Shown piece by piece: positions 48,925 through 58,435 of a DNA stretch of 64,000 nucleotides; position 1 is the first letter of the stretch; the number at the start of each line of letters is the position of its first letter. A program made the position numbers and the translations under genes. The notes beneath the pieces were generated by a model. That model ran no database searches. It was not told the DNA's origin and saw only the letters and a program-made list of their open reading frames with translations. Source of the stretch: a phage; the NCBI GenBank assembly GCA_025823825.1, contig GCA_025823825.1_4720.1; one strand, written 5' to 3'.

Positions 48925-51717
48925 TTATCTTACGTTATTGCTATTCTGTTGTTCACTGAACCAACCATACACCTTGAGATCGGTACCGTATTTCAATGCG
49001 ATATACGCATTCAGCGCAGCACAGAACAAAGACGCGAATGCCCATATCAGCGAAGGATCAACATCTTCCGTTACCACTGGGAGAGTATTATCCGGTTCCC
49101 ATGATGGTGAACTGTCCATGAACGTCGCGTACCATCCCCGCCGTTGTTCTTCGGTGGTAAAGTCGCTGTGGGGTTCCAATGCTTCTTTTGCCAGACGTCG
49201 ATATTCGAACATATGCGTTGCTAAAGCCGACGAGTTACCAGATTCGCCTTCATAGTTCGGATCCACCGCATAACAGAGTTCTGTTGAATCTAACAAAGCA
49301 ACCGCCTGTGTGATGCTGTCGGCAGTGCCTGCACCATAGAGCTCGATAGACCGCGAAAGCTTCTCACAGAACGCATTTAACGCGGAAGGATTGGACACCT
49401 GAAGGTCAAGGCCTAATGTCCACGGATAGTTACTGAATACACCCGTAAACCGTGGCATAACACCCAACAGATGCTGTCCGATTACAGCGCGGTTATAAAC
49501 AGCCCTGTTATAGACTTGAAACGCAGCCTCCAAGGCTTGGTTATAATGACGACGAAGTTCGTCACGCGAGTTGCGGAATCTGTTTGCCGCGAGACTCGTG
49601 GCTGCGACGCTACAAACATCGTAATTGGTGGACGAGAGCACAACCTCGTTAAGATCGAACGCTTCCTGTTTCAATGTTCCGCTAACAGCCACCGCTTCGC
49701 TGTTCGCTTTATCGACAACAGTACTCAAAGCGTTGATGTAACGCTTAGCCCGGACTTCCAGCCATTGTGCGATGCCGAGAATATCCACCGCAGCTTTAGC
49801 AAGATCGCGAGCATTCACGATTTCGTTCTTCAACGCCCCTAAATCTTTATTTTCAGGCGATGAGGCTTGTTGACGAATCATGCTGTTCAACATGGTAAGC
49901 AGATTATCCAACTCATGTCCACTGACCTTGTTACGTGCATCGGTAATCGGCCCTTGCAGGAATTTACGGCAACCATCGTTGTATCGAATCAGTTTATCCA
50001 CATCGATAGATTCGTTCGTGGATTCCTTGAACTGATTCTTCAATTCTTCACGGTAATCATGGATTTCACTTGCGAGATTATCGATAGTGATACCGTTATG
50101 TCCAAGAAGAACTTTATTGAAGTTACCTTTCTCGAATGCCAGAGCAAGACCTTCACGAATCTTAGCGAGTTTATCCTGATCGAGTTCACGACCGTTCGAT
50201 AGCTCTTTCACTTCCGAGCTGATTAATGCCGAAACGTTACCCAGATTGTCGGTAACCCCTTTGAACGCTCCCGACCAAATCGTTCCTGCTTCAGCGTATT
50301 TCGCAATGGTCTGAATACCGACGGTGTGCAGCGACGCTAAACGTTTCTTCGTGCCTTCGGTAAGCAGAGCGTCTTTAGCTCGCGTAAGCTGACTGTTATT
50401 AGCTTCTGCCTGCTGAATCGCTGCTTTCGCACTTCCATTACGCCAGCTCTTAACCAGCCAATCAACCAAACGTTTTAGGATATTGACGGTGTATTCCATT
50501 GTCCGCCGTAACGTTTCCCACGCGCTTTCTGCGGTATAGATGCCGTACCCTTCCATCTTCGTTGGGTCAAAGAAACCTTCCTGCATGAGATCAATACGGG
50601 TGTAGCCATCAGCAGCTTCTACTTCCGCCTGGGTTTTATCCCAGAAGTCGTCGCTCTTTGCAGCAACCGCTGTATCTTTAACGTCCAGGATGATCTGACC
50701 AACCGTTTGTGCAAACAGCAAGGCCGCACGTACCGATTGTGCGAACATCCGCTGATATTTGATTCGAACGCATTGCATCTGGGTTAGCAGATTCAGTTGT
50801 GCGATCCCATCCAAGGTGCTATCCTGAGCAAGCCCTTCGGCTTTAGCGATAACCTGTTTTACACGTTCAGCGACATCACCATACTGCTGGCAAACATCCC
50901 GCAGAATACGTGCCGCGAAGACCCCGGTACCGATATAGTTCAATAGGTCTTTTAACGACCATTCGGTCGGACAATCGGTCGGCGCAATAGGGAGTAAGCA
51001 ACCATCACCGTCCATGAATCTCTCTAATGCGCTAATATCCTGATTTTCTACGCTCATGGGGATATCGACATCAGCCGCTTGCAGATCCAGCATCTGTTGT
51101 AGGATGTTGGTATCGGCTTGTACAAGCGTCGCAAGCGCTTGGCTGTGTGCGATTATTGGTAACGCAGGTGACCATACTGCAGCAAGCTTGTCGGCGTGAC
51201 GTTGAATGGCATACCCCATATCCTCGATCACATCGGGATGCTCGATAACCCCCTGAAGCGTTTGATGTAGCTCACCGAGTTGCTGAGACAGATCGACCAT
51301 CATGGTGTTGAAGGTTTCGCCATCCTCTTTGTGGTTGTCCAGACGCTCGAGTTCATGTCGAAGCAATGTGACGAGCTGTCCGTTGCCTTCTTGCTTCAGC
51401 TTGCTTTCCATTAACGTAATGGCTTTATCGACGATCTGACACGCTTCACGAAAACCGGTTGTGGAAGGAAGCTCTGTCCATAACGCCAGCGGTTTACCGT
51501 CAAGGGCTTCCGGCATCGATAACGAAAGCATAGACAGTTGTTGACGTGATACTTGCTGTTCACGGTGTAGTGTTTCTTTTAACGCCAAGAGATCGTCAAG
51601 AAACGCGCCGTTAAGGGTGGTCGTACGCGGTGTTGAATTAATACCGTCAGTTAACGATTCAAGCACCAGGAGACCGTTATCAGCTGAAGAGAGTCCCGCG
51701 GCAAGATATTTGTTCAT
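48925..51717 (-). CDS. large virion/head-type protein (930 aa), probable paralog family D
   Basis: Long ORF; ATG lies in TTTATG right after hairpin with ggag RBS; helical central region resembles family D. Confidence 0.8.
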   Translation of the reverse strand: MNKYLAAGLSSADNGLLVLESLTDGINSTPRTTTLNGAFLDDLLALKETLHREQQVSRQQLSMLSLSMPEALDGKPLALWTELPSTTGFREACQIVDKAITLMESKLKQEGNGQLVTLLRHELERLDNHKEDGETFNTMMVDLSQQLGELHQTLQGVIEHPDVIEDMGYAIQRHADKLAAVWSPALPIIAHSQALATLVQADTNILQQMLDLQAADVDIPMSVENQDISALERFMDGDGCLLPIAPTDCPTEWSLKDLLNYIGTGVFAARILRDVCQQYGDVAERVKQVIAKAEGLAQDSTLDGIAQLNLLTQMQCVRIKYQRMFAQSVRAALLFAQTVGQIILDVKDTAVAAKSDDFWDKTQAEVEAADGYTRIDLMQEGFFDPTKMEGYGIYTAESAWETLRRTMEYTVNILKRLVDWLVKSWRNGSAKAAIQQAEANNSQLTRAKDALLTEGTKKRLASLHTVGIQTIAKYAEAGTIWSGAFKGVTDNLGNVSALISSEVKELSNGRELDQDKLAKIREGLALAFEKGNFNKVLLGHNGITIDNLASEIHDYREELKNQFKESTNESIDVDKLIRYNDGCRKFLQGPITDARNKVSGHELDNLLTMLNSMIRQQASSPENKDLGALKNEIVNARDLAKAAVDILGIAQWLEVRAKRYINALSTVVDKANSEAVAVSGTLKQEAFDLNEVVLSSTNYDVCSVAATSLAANRFRNSRDELRRHYNQALEAAFQVYNRAVYNRAVIGQHLLGVMPRFTGVFSNYPWTLGLDLQVSNPSALNAFCEKLSRSIELYGAGTADSITQAVALLDSTELCYAVDPNYEGESGNSSALATHMFEYRRLAKEALEPHSDFTTEEQRRGWYATFMDSSPSWEPDNTLPVVTEDVDPSLIWAFASLFCAALNAYIALKYGTDLKVYGWFSEQQNSNNVR

Positions 51718-51732
51718 AAAACACTCCGTTGG

Positions 51733-51764
51733 CCCAGGGGAAGGTTTTCAGCCTTCCCCTAGGG
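51733..51764. terminator. hairpin element, copy 10 (variant, directly upstream of RBS of 48925-51717)
   Basis: cccAGGGGAAGG-ttttcag-CCTTCCCCTaggg; about 13 nt from the ggag RBS of the next gene. Confidence 0.45.
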
Positions 51765-51776
51765 TTATAAACACAA

Positions 51777-54581
51777 TTAAGCTAATTTACCGAAACCGGC
51801 TTTCTGCAGTTTCTCGTTGATCAGTTTTGCTTCCGCGAAAACATAATCACGATACGCAGTCACTAACGCATCCACACGTGAACGCAAGGCTTCTTCGAAG
51901 CTATACCACGCAGCGATTTCACGAATCTGTGCGTTGATATAATCAACGGTTGAGCGAAGCTCGGTTGCGTTTTCTTGCGGGATGGCTTTCACCTGGCGAG
52001 CAACGTCATTTAAACGACGGAACTGCGTTTCGATTTCTTTAAACTTACTGTCGGCAAGTTTGCTGAATTCGTCACCGGAACGTGTAAATAACAGATAGCT
52101 GTTGCCGTCAAGTGCGGTCGCTAACTGCTGAAGTACGTTGGTGTCCGGATACACAGGAGTACCGCTTTGCAATACTTTCTCACCGAATTCCGCGAAGTCC
52201 TTCGGCGGTAAGTGCGCAGACGTTGTCAACTCGTTGAAACGGAAAGTCAGCGAATTGTCATACAGCATCCGGTACGCTTCCATGCCCTGTTTCATGGTAC
52301 CAGCCAGGTTGGCCAGACGCGGAGCAATCTCACCCTCTTTAGCGCGTTTCTGGTCTTCTAACGCCCCTTCCAGTTCTTTACACTGGTCATTCAGATACAC
52401 GATACGATCGGGACGCAGACGACGCATCTCACGAAGAATAGTATCCAGCTTACCTTCCTGGAAATAACCCAACGTTAAAGACGTACACGCTTGCTGAAGA
52501 CGATCGAAGACCGGTAAGGTCACCATCTCCTTACGGATACCATCAACAATCGCAGAAACAGCCGAAAGTTTCTGTTCTGTCGTTAATGGAACATCAGAGA
52601 CCGACTTGCTGGGCGCACCAACAACGTTACGCATTGCGTCGGTATCCTCGGTTTTATCAACCTCTTTACGAACATGCTCATCAGGAACATAAACGTTCGC
52701 ATTACGTTTCGCCTGCTTGATGGCATCGTTGGCCGCTTTTTCGGTGGCTGCTACGCTATCGGCACGTTTCTTCAAGAGTTCAATAATCCAGAGCACCAGA
52801 CGACGAATCGCAGTGTAGGCTGTCGTGATGATGACACCGATAACCGCCATCTTCATGATACCGAACGATTCCATGGTCGGCTCTAACGCCTGGTCGGGCA
52901 TATACCGTTCACGCAGCTCCAGATAGATCTGCTCATCCGGTTTGCTGATCTCGCCACGATGCGAAGTCCGATAGATGGCTTCGTCAATCTCAACAAGATC
53001 TTTGCGTGCCTGACGGTCTGTTTCGGTCAAATAAGCGCAGCCGGATACGTCGTCTTCAAAACTTTCGAACTTAAAGAAATCGACAACCATCTTGGCAAGC
53101 GCCTCTTTCTTAGCAGGATCGAGTGTCTTCGCATCTTCTTTTTGCTTATCCATTTTTTCCTTGAATTTCTCTTTGTAGTCATTCAAGGGTTTTACCGCTC
53201 TTGCTTTCAACGCGTTATAGATAGCTTTCCACTCATCGTTACGTTCGAGGACAATGAAATGGTTTTTGAGTTCGAAAGCGCGATAGCGTGCAACGAGCTG
53301 TTCTACCTGAATATGAGCGAGTTGGATATCCATTAACCAACGCGACATCGCCGAGATCAAACGGCTATAAGCGAACAACGTTTGGTAGGTTAACTTCATG
53401 TATGTTTCATACAGCTCAATATCGCCGCTCTGAATATTGGCTGTTGGATTCATTTCCTTTGTTGCCTTGAAGACCTGTTCTGCTTCTCTCAGCGTCTTTT
53501 CGAACTTAACGTCATTAAACGCAGTGAATGGTTCAGCCAACTCATGCATTTTATCGTGGAGTTCGCGGATCCAAGCTTCCTTGCTGTCGCGGATGGTGTT
53601 TTCATCATGGAGCACGGTTTGATGTTTTCGTACCCATTCTTCCACGATATCAGCAGCGGAAACAATCGGAACGCGATCTGAAATGAGCGGGACGATCGTG
53701 TGAAGCGCCCCGACACATTCTGGCGTGTCCCAGTGTTTCTGGAGTTCATCACGGAAACGGTTAATGTTTTCTAAGGTGGTACCTAAATCAAGGAAAGTGC
53801 CGCCATTATGACTCATCTGTGCAACCAGATCGGCAAATACCTTTTGTTTTTCGATGACAAAAGGAACCATCCGCATAAGCCATTCAGCAGTTGCTTTAGC
53901 CTTTTCTTTCAGGTTCTTATCAGCGATTTCCTTAAGGTTAATCGCGCTACCGTATCCAGCAAGTTCGTTGTAGACGTCGTTAAGCGTCATTTGTTTATCC
54001 AACATTTCTTTGAAACGTGGATAATCTGCACCTAACGCGTCGATGACTTCTTGGATGATGTCGTCTGTGGTAGCGATAAATTTATTTGTGCCGCCGTAAT
54101 GCTTCCAGATTTTCTGCAGCGTCTTCTTAAAGAATTCGAAGACGAATGTCCAGATACGTTTGATGAGTTCCCAGACTTTCTTCGCACCATCGACAAACAG
54201 TTTAGAGACCTTGGCAACGAATCCTTCCTGCACTAACTCAACGCCGTTACGTGATGGGATTTCCGTGAAGAAAGCATCTGGCAGTTGTTTCGGGAACGCA
54301 TCACCAAGACGCATACGCAATTCGGGTACATCGGCACGAGAAATACCACGCGTCGTTAGCTGCTCGTGAAGACGAACGTTTTCTTCACCAGAGGCTACGA
54401 ATTCGTTAACGTCAAATGAAACCAGTTCTTGATCTTCGGTGGTAACGACGCTTGAACCATCGCTGGTTTGGATGTCTTCGTCAGGGAACGCCATGAGCAT
54501 ACCGTGACGCATTTCAACCACTCCGTAATCGGTTGCTAAACCGAATTCGTTGTGATCGGGGGTAATAACTGGGATACTCAT
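51777..54581 (-). CDS. large virion/head-type protein (934 aa), paralog family D
   Basis: Long ORF; ...VELVQEGFVAKVSKLFVDGAKKVWELIKRIWTFVFEFF... aligns with the family D core. Confidence 0.8.
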   Translation of the reverse strand: MSIPVITPDHNEFGLATDYGVVEMRHGMLMAFPDEDIQTSDGSSVVTTEDQELVSFDVNEFVASGEENVRLHEQLTTRGISRADVPELRMRLGDAFPKQLPDAFFTEIPSRNGVELVQEGFVAKVSKLFVDGAKKVWELIKRIWTFVFEFFKKTLQKIWKHYGGTNKFIATTDDIIQEVIDALGADYPRFKEMLDKQMTLNDVYNELAGYGSAINLKEIADKNLKEKAKATAEWLMRMVPFVIEKQKVFADLVAQMSHNGGTFLDLGTTLENINRFRDELQKHWDTPECVGALHTIVPLISDRVPIVSAADIVEEWVRKHQTVLHDENTIRDSKEAWIRELHDKMHELAEPFTAFNDVKFEKTLREAEQVFKATKEMNPTANIQSGDIELYETYMKLTYQTLFAYSRLISAMSRWLMDIQLAHIQVEQLVARYRAFELKNHFIVLERNDEWKAIYNALKARAVKPLNDYKEKFKEKMDKQKEDAKTLDPAKKEALAKMVVDFFKFESFEDDVSGCAYLTETDRQARKDLVEIDEAIYRTSHRGEISKPDEQIYLELRERYMPDQALEPTMESFGIMKMAVIGVIITTAYTAIRRLVLWIIELLKKRADSVAATEKAANDAIKQAKRNANVYVPDEHVRKEVDKTEDTDAMRNVVGAPSKSVSDVPLTTEQKLSAVSAIVDGIRKEMVTLPVFDRLQQACTSLTLGYFQEGKLDTILREMRRLRPDRIVYLNDQCKELEGALEDQKRAKEGEIAPRLANLAGTMKQGMEAYRMLYDNSLTFRFNELTTSAHLPPKDFAEFGEKVLQSGTPVYPDTNVLQQLATALDGNSYLLFTRSGDEFSKLADSKFKEIETQFRRLNDVARQVKAIPQENATELRSTVDYINAQIREIAAWYSFEEALRSRVDALVTAYRDYVFAEAKLINEKLQKAGFGKLA

Positions 54582-55069
54582 GCATTCTCTCCTTGCAGTG
54601 CGTTAGCGAAAGCCGTTGCAAGTTGCGCAACCAGTTTCGGATCAACGCCTTCGATAACGTCAGGCAGCCCTGCGGTTTCTTGGTCACGAACAGCGGAGGC
54701 TAATAACAGCATGGTTTCAGGTGCGGTCGGCTCATGCACCATGCGGTAACGCAGGCACCAGAAGTAGCGAGCAACGTCTAACGCATCAGCCAGCCCGATA
54801 ACCAGTACCTTGTTCAGCTTATCCAGCCCTTCACGGATTTTAGGGAGATGTTCGCGAACGAAAATGCTATCTGCGGTCAGATCTTCTTTTTCAGCGAATA
54901 CCGGCATGCTGTAACCGGCGATGTAACCAGCGGCAATACTTAACGCGCGGGTCTGTTGTTCGGCTGGGAAGTCACGTACCAGGTCTTTCAGCTGAACGGC
55001 GAAATCAGAAATATTCATGTTAAATTCCTTTATAGTAAAATAGAAGAGATTAAGCGATAATGGAATCAA
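54578..55069 (-). CDS. small hypothetical protein (~145-163 aa)
   Basis: ORF; track start overlaps upstream gene, probable ATG near 55019 (MNISDFAVQ...). Confidence 0.55.
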   Translation of the reverse strand: MIPLSLNLFYFTIKEFNMNISDFAVQLKDLVRDFPAEQQTRALSIAAGYIAGYSMPVFAEKEDLTADSIFVREHLPKIREGLDKLNKVLVIGLADALDVARYFWCLRYRMVHEPTAPETMLLLASAVRDQETAGLPDVIEGVDPKLVAQLATAFANALQGENA

Positions 55070-56360
55070 GAGTCGCTGCGGTTTTGAACAGATCGCTGTT
55101 CATTGTAGAAGAAAGGACTTGCTGAATTTCTTCCTGTTTAACGGCTTTACGAACTCCAGGACGAAGGATAAGCGTAACAATCTGCATAAATGTACGGTTG
55201 TTGTTCATCGCGCTTAACGTTTCATCAATTGTTTTGATGGTATCTAACGTAGTGGAGCGTATGTCGCTAGGGAGGTCACGATCTTTCAGACGTATAATCA
55301 AATCTTGTTTGATTTTTCTGAATCGTTCCATATCGTTGTCATAGATGCTGTATGTCGGATCTAACCAAACTGCAAGCGCCATAGCAGCAACAAATATTGC
55401 CATACCAAGAATATTAACCGAGGTGAAGCTGATCGCTATCAAAATTGTCACGGCTGCATCTTTAATGAAGGAGAGCCAGAACATCGTTTTTGACTTCATG
55501 GAGTTGGTGCCATAAAGTCGAAACATTTTAGCAAGCCCGCTAACGAGATACTCCCCACTGCCGTGACGCGTAGCGAACTGATCGGCCATGAATTCGGAAG
55601 CAACGTCGGTATATCGTCCAGCGTTGTTTACATTTCTTAACTGCATCGCTTTGTTAGACACGTAAACCGTGTACCAGACACTACCGTCGTCTGAATCACT
55701 GATTTTGTCTACGTCGACGTTGGTATCCAACGTTTTGTTTAACGCTTTCGCCAGTTCGATACGTTTTACCTTATCGGTTGTTCCCAACAGTTCGCGCTGC
55801 ACGGTCATGATTGAGGCTTCGACACGAACCGTTTCCGACAATGTTTCAAGGAAGGTAAATGCGTGCCCGATTTCATGCAGCATTATGGCTGCTTTTTCTT
55901 CCGGAAGAAAGGGTTCTGTTGCTGTTAGCAATTCATACGTGATGGCAGAACGAATCTTCAATTCTTCAAAGATACCGTAAACACGACCTTTTTCTAAATC
56001 GACGTAACCGACAGGTGTATCTTTAATCTTCTTAAGGAGCGTAACACCATCAGCACCACGCATCCATAACCGGTGATAGTCTGCCAGGATTGTGTTGTTT
56101 GTCGAAATATCCGGCGGGTATACGTAGGCATTCATCTGACCCATTTTCACGTCGACCGAGAATTCGATGTTCAACCCCGTATAGCGTTTGACCATCTTGG
56201 TTAAATGACCGTCCTTGAAAACGTTTAAAACATCTTTTTTATCCAGTCCCTGTTTGCTTCTGAAGAACTCGGTCATTTCCTTGAACAAGGAACCATCCTG
56301 AAACTTGATGGCCTCCATCGTTAATTCGTCATGACCATACACGCGTTGTAGTAATGACAT
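55050..56360 (-). CDS. putative membrane zinc metalloprotease (HExxH, M48/M56-like)
   Basis: 436-aa ORF; IMLHEIGHAF motif; downstream acidic ...EFMADQFATRHG; two hydrophobic segments (...VTILIAISFTSVNILGMAIFVAAMALAVWL). Confidence 0.65.
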   Translation of the reverse strand: MSLLQRVYGHDELTMEAIKFQDGSLFKEMTEFFRSKQGLDKKDVLNVFKDGHLTKMVKRYTGLNIEFSVDVKMGQMNAYVYPPDISTNNTILADYHRLWMRGADGVTLLKKIKDTPVGYVDLEKGRVYGIFEELKIRSAITYELLTATEPFLPEEKAAIMLHEIGHAFTFLETLSETVRVEASIMTVQRELLGTTDKVKRIELAKALNKTLDTNVDVDKISDSDDGSVWYTVYVSNKAMQLRNVNNAGRYTDVASEFMADQFATRHGSGEYLVSGLAKMFRLYGTNSMKSKTMFWLSFIKDAAVTILIAISFTSVNILGMAIFVAAMALAVWLDPTYSIYDNDMERFRKIKQDLIIRLKDRDLPSDIRSTTLDTIKTIDETLSAMNNNRTFMQIVTLILRPGVRKAVKQEEIQQVLSSTMNSDLFKTAATLDSIIA

Positions 56361-56581
56361 TGTACACTCTCTAAATTTACGTAAATTTAAGGGCTAATGG
56401 ATCGGCTGGCCGCACCAATCACAATGTGTTCGTTGCTATGCAACGGCATTCATAGAAATACCTTTTGACGGTAACATCACCCATCACACCCCAAGCAATA
56501 AGAGTGGTCGGTTAAAAACAACAGAACGTGAGGATGATATAGAAATTCACCTTTTAACACCTATTACGAGTTTAGCAAGCC

Positions 56582-58333
56582 ATGAGCGAACAAGAACGAA
56601 AACCTAAGAAGAAACTGCTCGGTATTCAATGTCGACACATCAGTTATAACGAAGCGAACGATGGCAGCAAGAACGACCTCATGATCGCAAAAGAGATCAT
56701 GTTCTTTGATGACAATACGCAAGCGACGAACCTTCGCTTCTTTGAGAATTACAAACGTCCGTTTTGGGTGACGGTAGAGAGTAAACGTAAGAACAAATAT
56801 AAAAAGGAAAGCGAGAAGCTCTCGCATGTGCGTCGCTACGATGTCCGCCAAAGCGAACTGGTTGAAAAGATCAGCTCGGTACTTTATAAAAGACGTGCTG
56901 ACGATAACACCCGTTTACAGCAGCTTGCACGGAGTCCATACCTCTATGGAACGGACGTTAGCGCCAGCTGTTATTTAAAAACCCAGTACAACACAAAATG
57001 GCCGGAATACGTCGATAAATTACCCGCTTCCATTGCCTGTTTCGATATCGAAACCGACGTTGTCCACGGACACGGTAAGATCGTTTGTATGTCTATTACA
57101 ATGGGATACAATGCGATACTTTGCTATACCAAGGACTTCGTTGGTCATATTCCGAATGCCATTGAGAAAACCCATGAGAAGATTCGATATTACCTGGCCG
57201 AACGTCTGAATACCAAAGAAGATCCCCACGCATTCGAAAAATATCAGTACGATGTTCGAATCGTAGAAAGCCCGGCACAAGCGGTCATCCAATGCATGCA
57301 GAAGGTTCACGAATGGCAGCCGGATTATCTCCTTGGCTGGAATATCGCGTTCGATATTCCGCGTATGCTCCAGGCACTGAACGAGGAAGGGTATCGTCCC
57401 GAGGATGTTTTCTCCGATCCTCGCGTACCACCTAAGTATCGTATTGCTCGCTGGGTGCCACCGAAGACCGACAAGGTATCTGCTTCAGGTCGTAAAACCA
57501 ACCTTACCCTCGAGCAAACCTGGCCGATGTTTTATACGATGGCTACGTATCAGGTTATGGATGCGATGTGTGGTTATAAGTTCGTTCGTTTAGGAAGACC
57601 GGATGAAGGACGCTATTCACTCGATGCGGTATTAGAGCGAAATAAATGCCATACGAAATTAAAAGCAATTCCTGGTACAGAAGGGTTCACGGAGCTCGCC
57701 TGGCACGAAGAGATGCAAACGAACCATCAAATCGACTACGGCGTATATAACCTTTGGGATAACCAGGGTATTGAGGCGTTGGACCAGAAAACAAAAGACT
57801 ATTCGATGACCATCCCTATCCGTTTAGCGGCGTCGGATTTGAAAGATTTCAGTTCTAACCCTAAACGTATCTGCGATAAACTTTTCTTCGTTTATCTTAA
57901 CCGTGGGGAAGTCATGGGATGTACCGCTGACGACATGACCCAGGAAGAAGATAAGTGGGTTATCTCACGAGCTGGACATATCGTCACATTACCATGCGAT
58001 CTCATGGCTGACAACGGCATTCATCTCTTCTGGGATATGCCGAACCTGAGAAGTTATATCCGTCTATTCGTTGCAGACCTTGACATTAGCAGTTCATACC
58101 CAAATGGGCAGATCCTGTTGAATCTATCCAGAGCATGTGTTTTTCGTGAGCTCTCGCGCATTGAGGGCGTCTCTGACTATCAATTCAGGAAGTTAGGTAT
58201 CAACTTTATTACCGGAGGTAAAACGAACGCTGTAGACTTCTGTAGAATCGTTTATAAAGCACCGTCGATGTTTGAACTTTTAGAACATTTCGATGCGACG
58301 CGTCCAAAAGAGGAAGCGCGGACCATCGAATGA
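56582..58333 (+). CDS. family B DNA polymerase, N-terminal part (3'-5' exonuclease domain plus polymerase motif A)
   Basis: 583-aa ORF; Exo I CFDIETD, Exo II GWNIAFDIP, Exo III YNLWD, motif A-like DISSSYPNG; no motif B/C before stop. Confidence 0.7.
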   Translation: MSEQERKPKKKLLGIQCRHISYNEANDGSKNDLMIAKEIMFFDDNTQATNLRFFENYKRPFWVTVESKRKNKYKKESEKLSHVRRYDVRQSELVEKISSVLYKRRADDNTRLQQLARSPYLYGTDVSASCYLKTQYNTKWPEYVDKLPASIACFDIETDVVHGHGKIVCMSITMGYNAILCYTKDFVGHIPNAIEKTHEKIRYYLAERLNTKEDPHAFEKYQYDVRIVESPAQAVIQCMQKVHEWQPDYLLGWNIAFDIPRMLQALNEEGYRPEDVFSDPRVPPKYRIARWVPPKTDKVSASGRKTNLTLEQTWPMFYTMATYQVMDAMCGYKFVRLGRPDEGRYSLDAVLERNKCHTKLKAIPGTEGFTELAWHEEMQTNHQIDYGVYNLWDNQGIEALDQKTKDYSMTIPIRLAASDLKDFSSNPKRICDKLFFVYLNRGEVMGCTADDMTQEEDKWVISRAGHIVTLPCDLMADNGIHLFWDMPNLRSYIRLFVADLDISSSYPNGQILLNLSRACVFRELSRIEGVSDYQFRKLGINFITGGKTNAVDFCRIVYKAPSMFELLEHFDATRPKEEARTIE

Positions 58334-58382
58334 ATCAAGTATGTTGATCCTCGTTTAACAAAAAAAGAAAACGCATGCGAAG

Positions 58383-58435
58383 CCCCTCCCCCTGGCGGAA
58401 GCCGGAGGGAGGGGTGGAGGTTTTATGCGTTTTTA
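58383..58435. terminator. hairpin element, copy 11, with T-run on plus strand (terminator of DNA polymerase fragment gene)
   Basis: CCCCTCCCCC-tggcggaagccgg-AGGGAGGGG-tggaggttttatgcgttttt. Confidence 0.6.
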
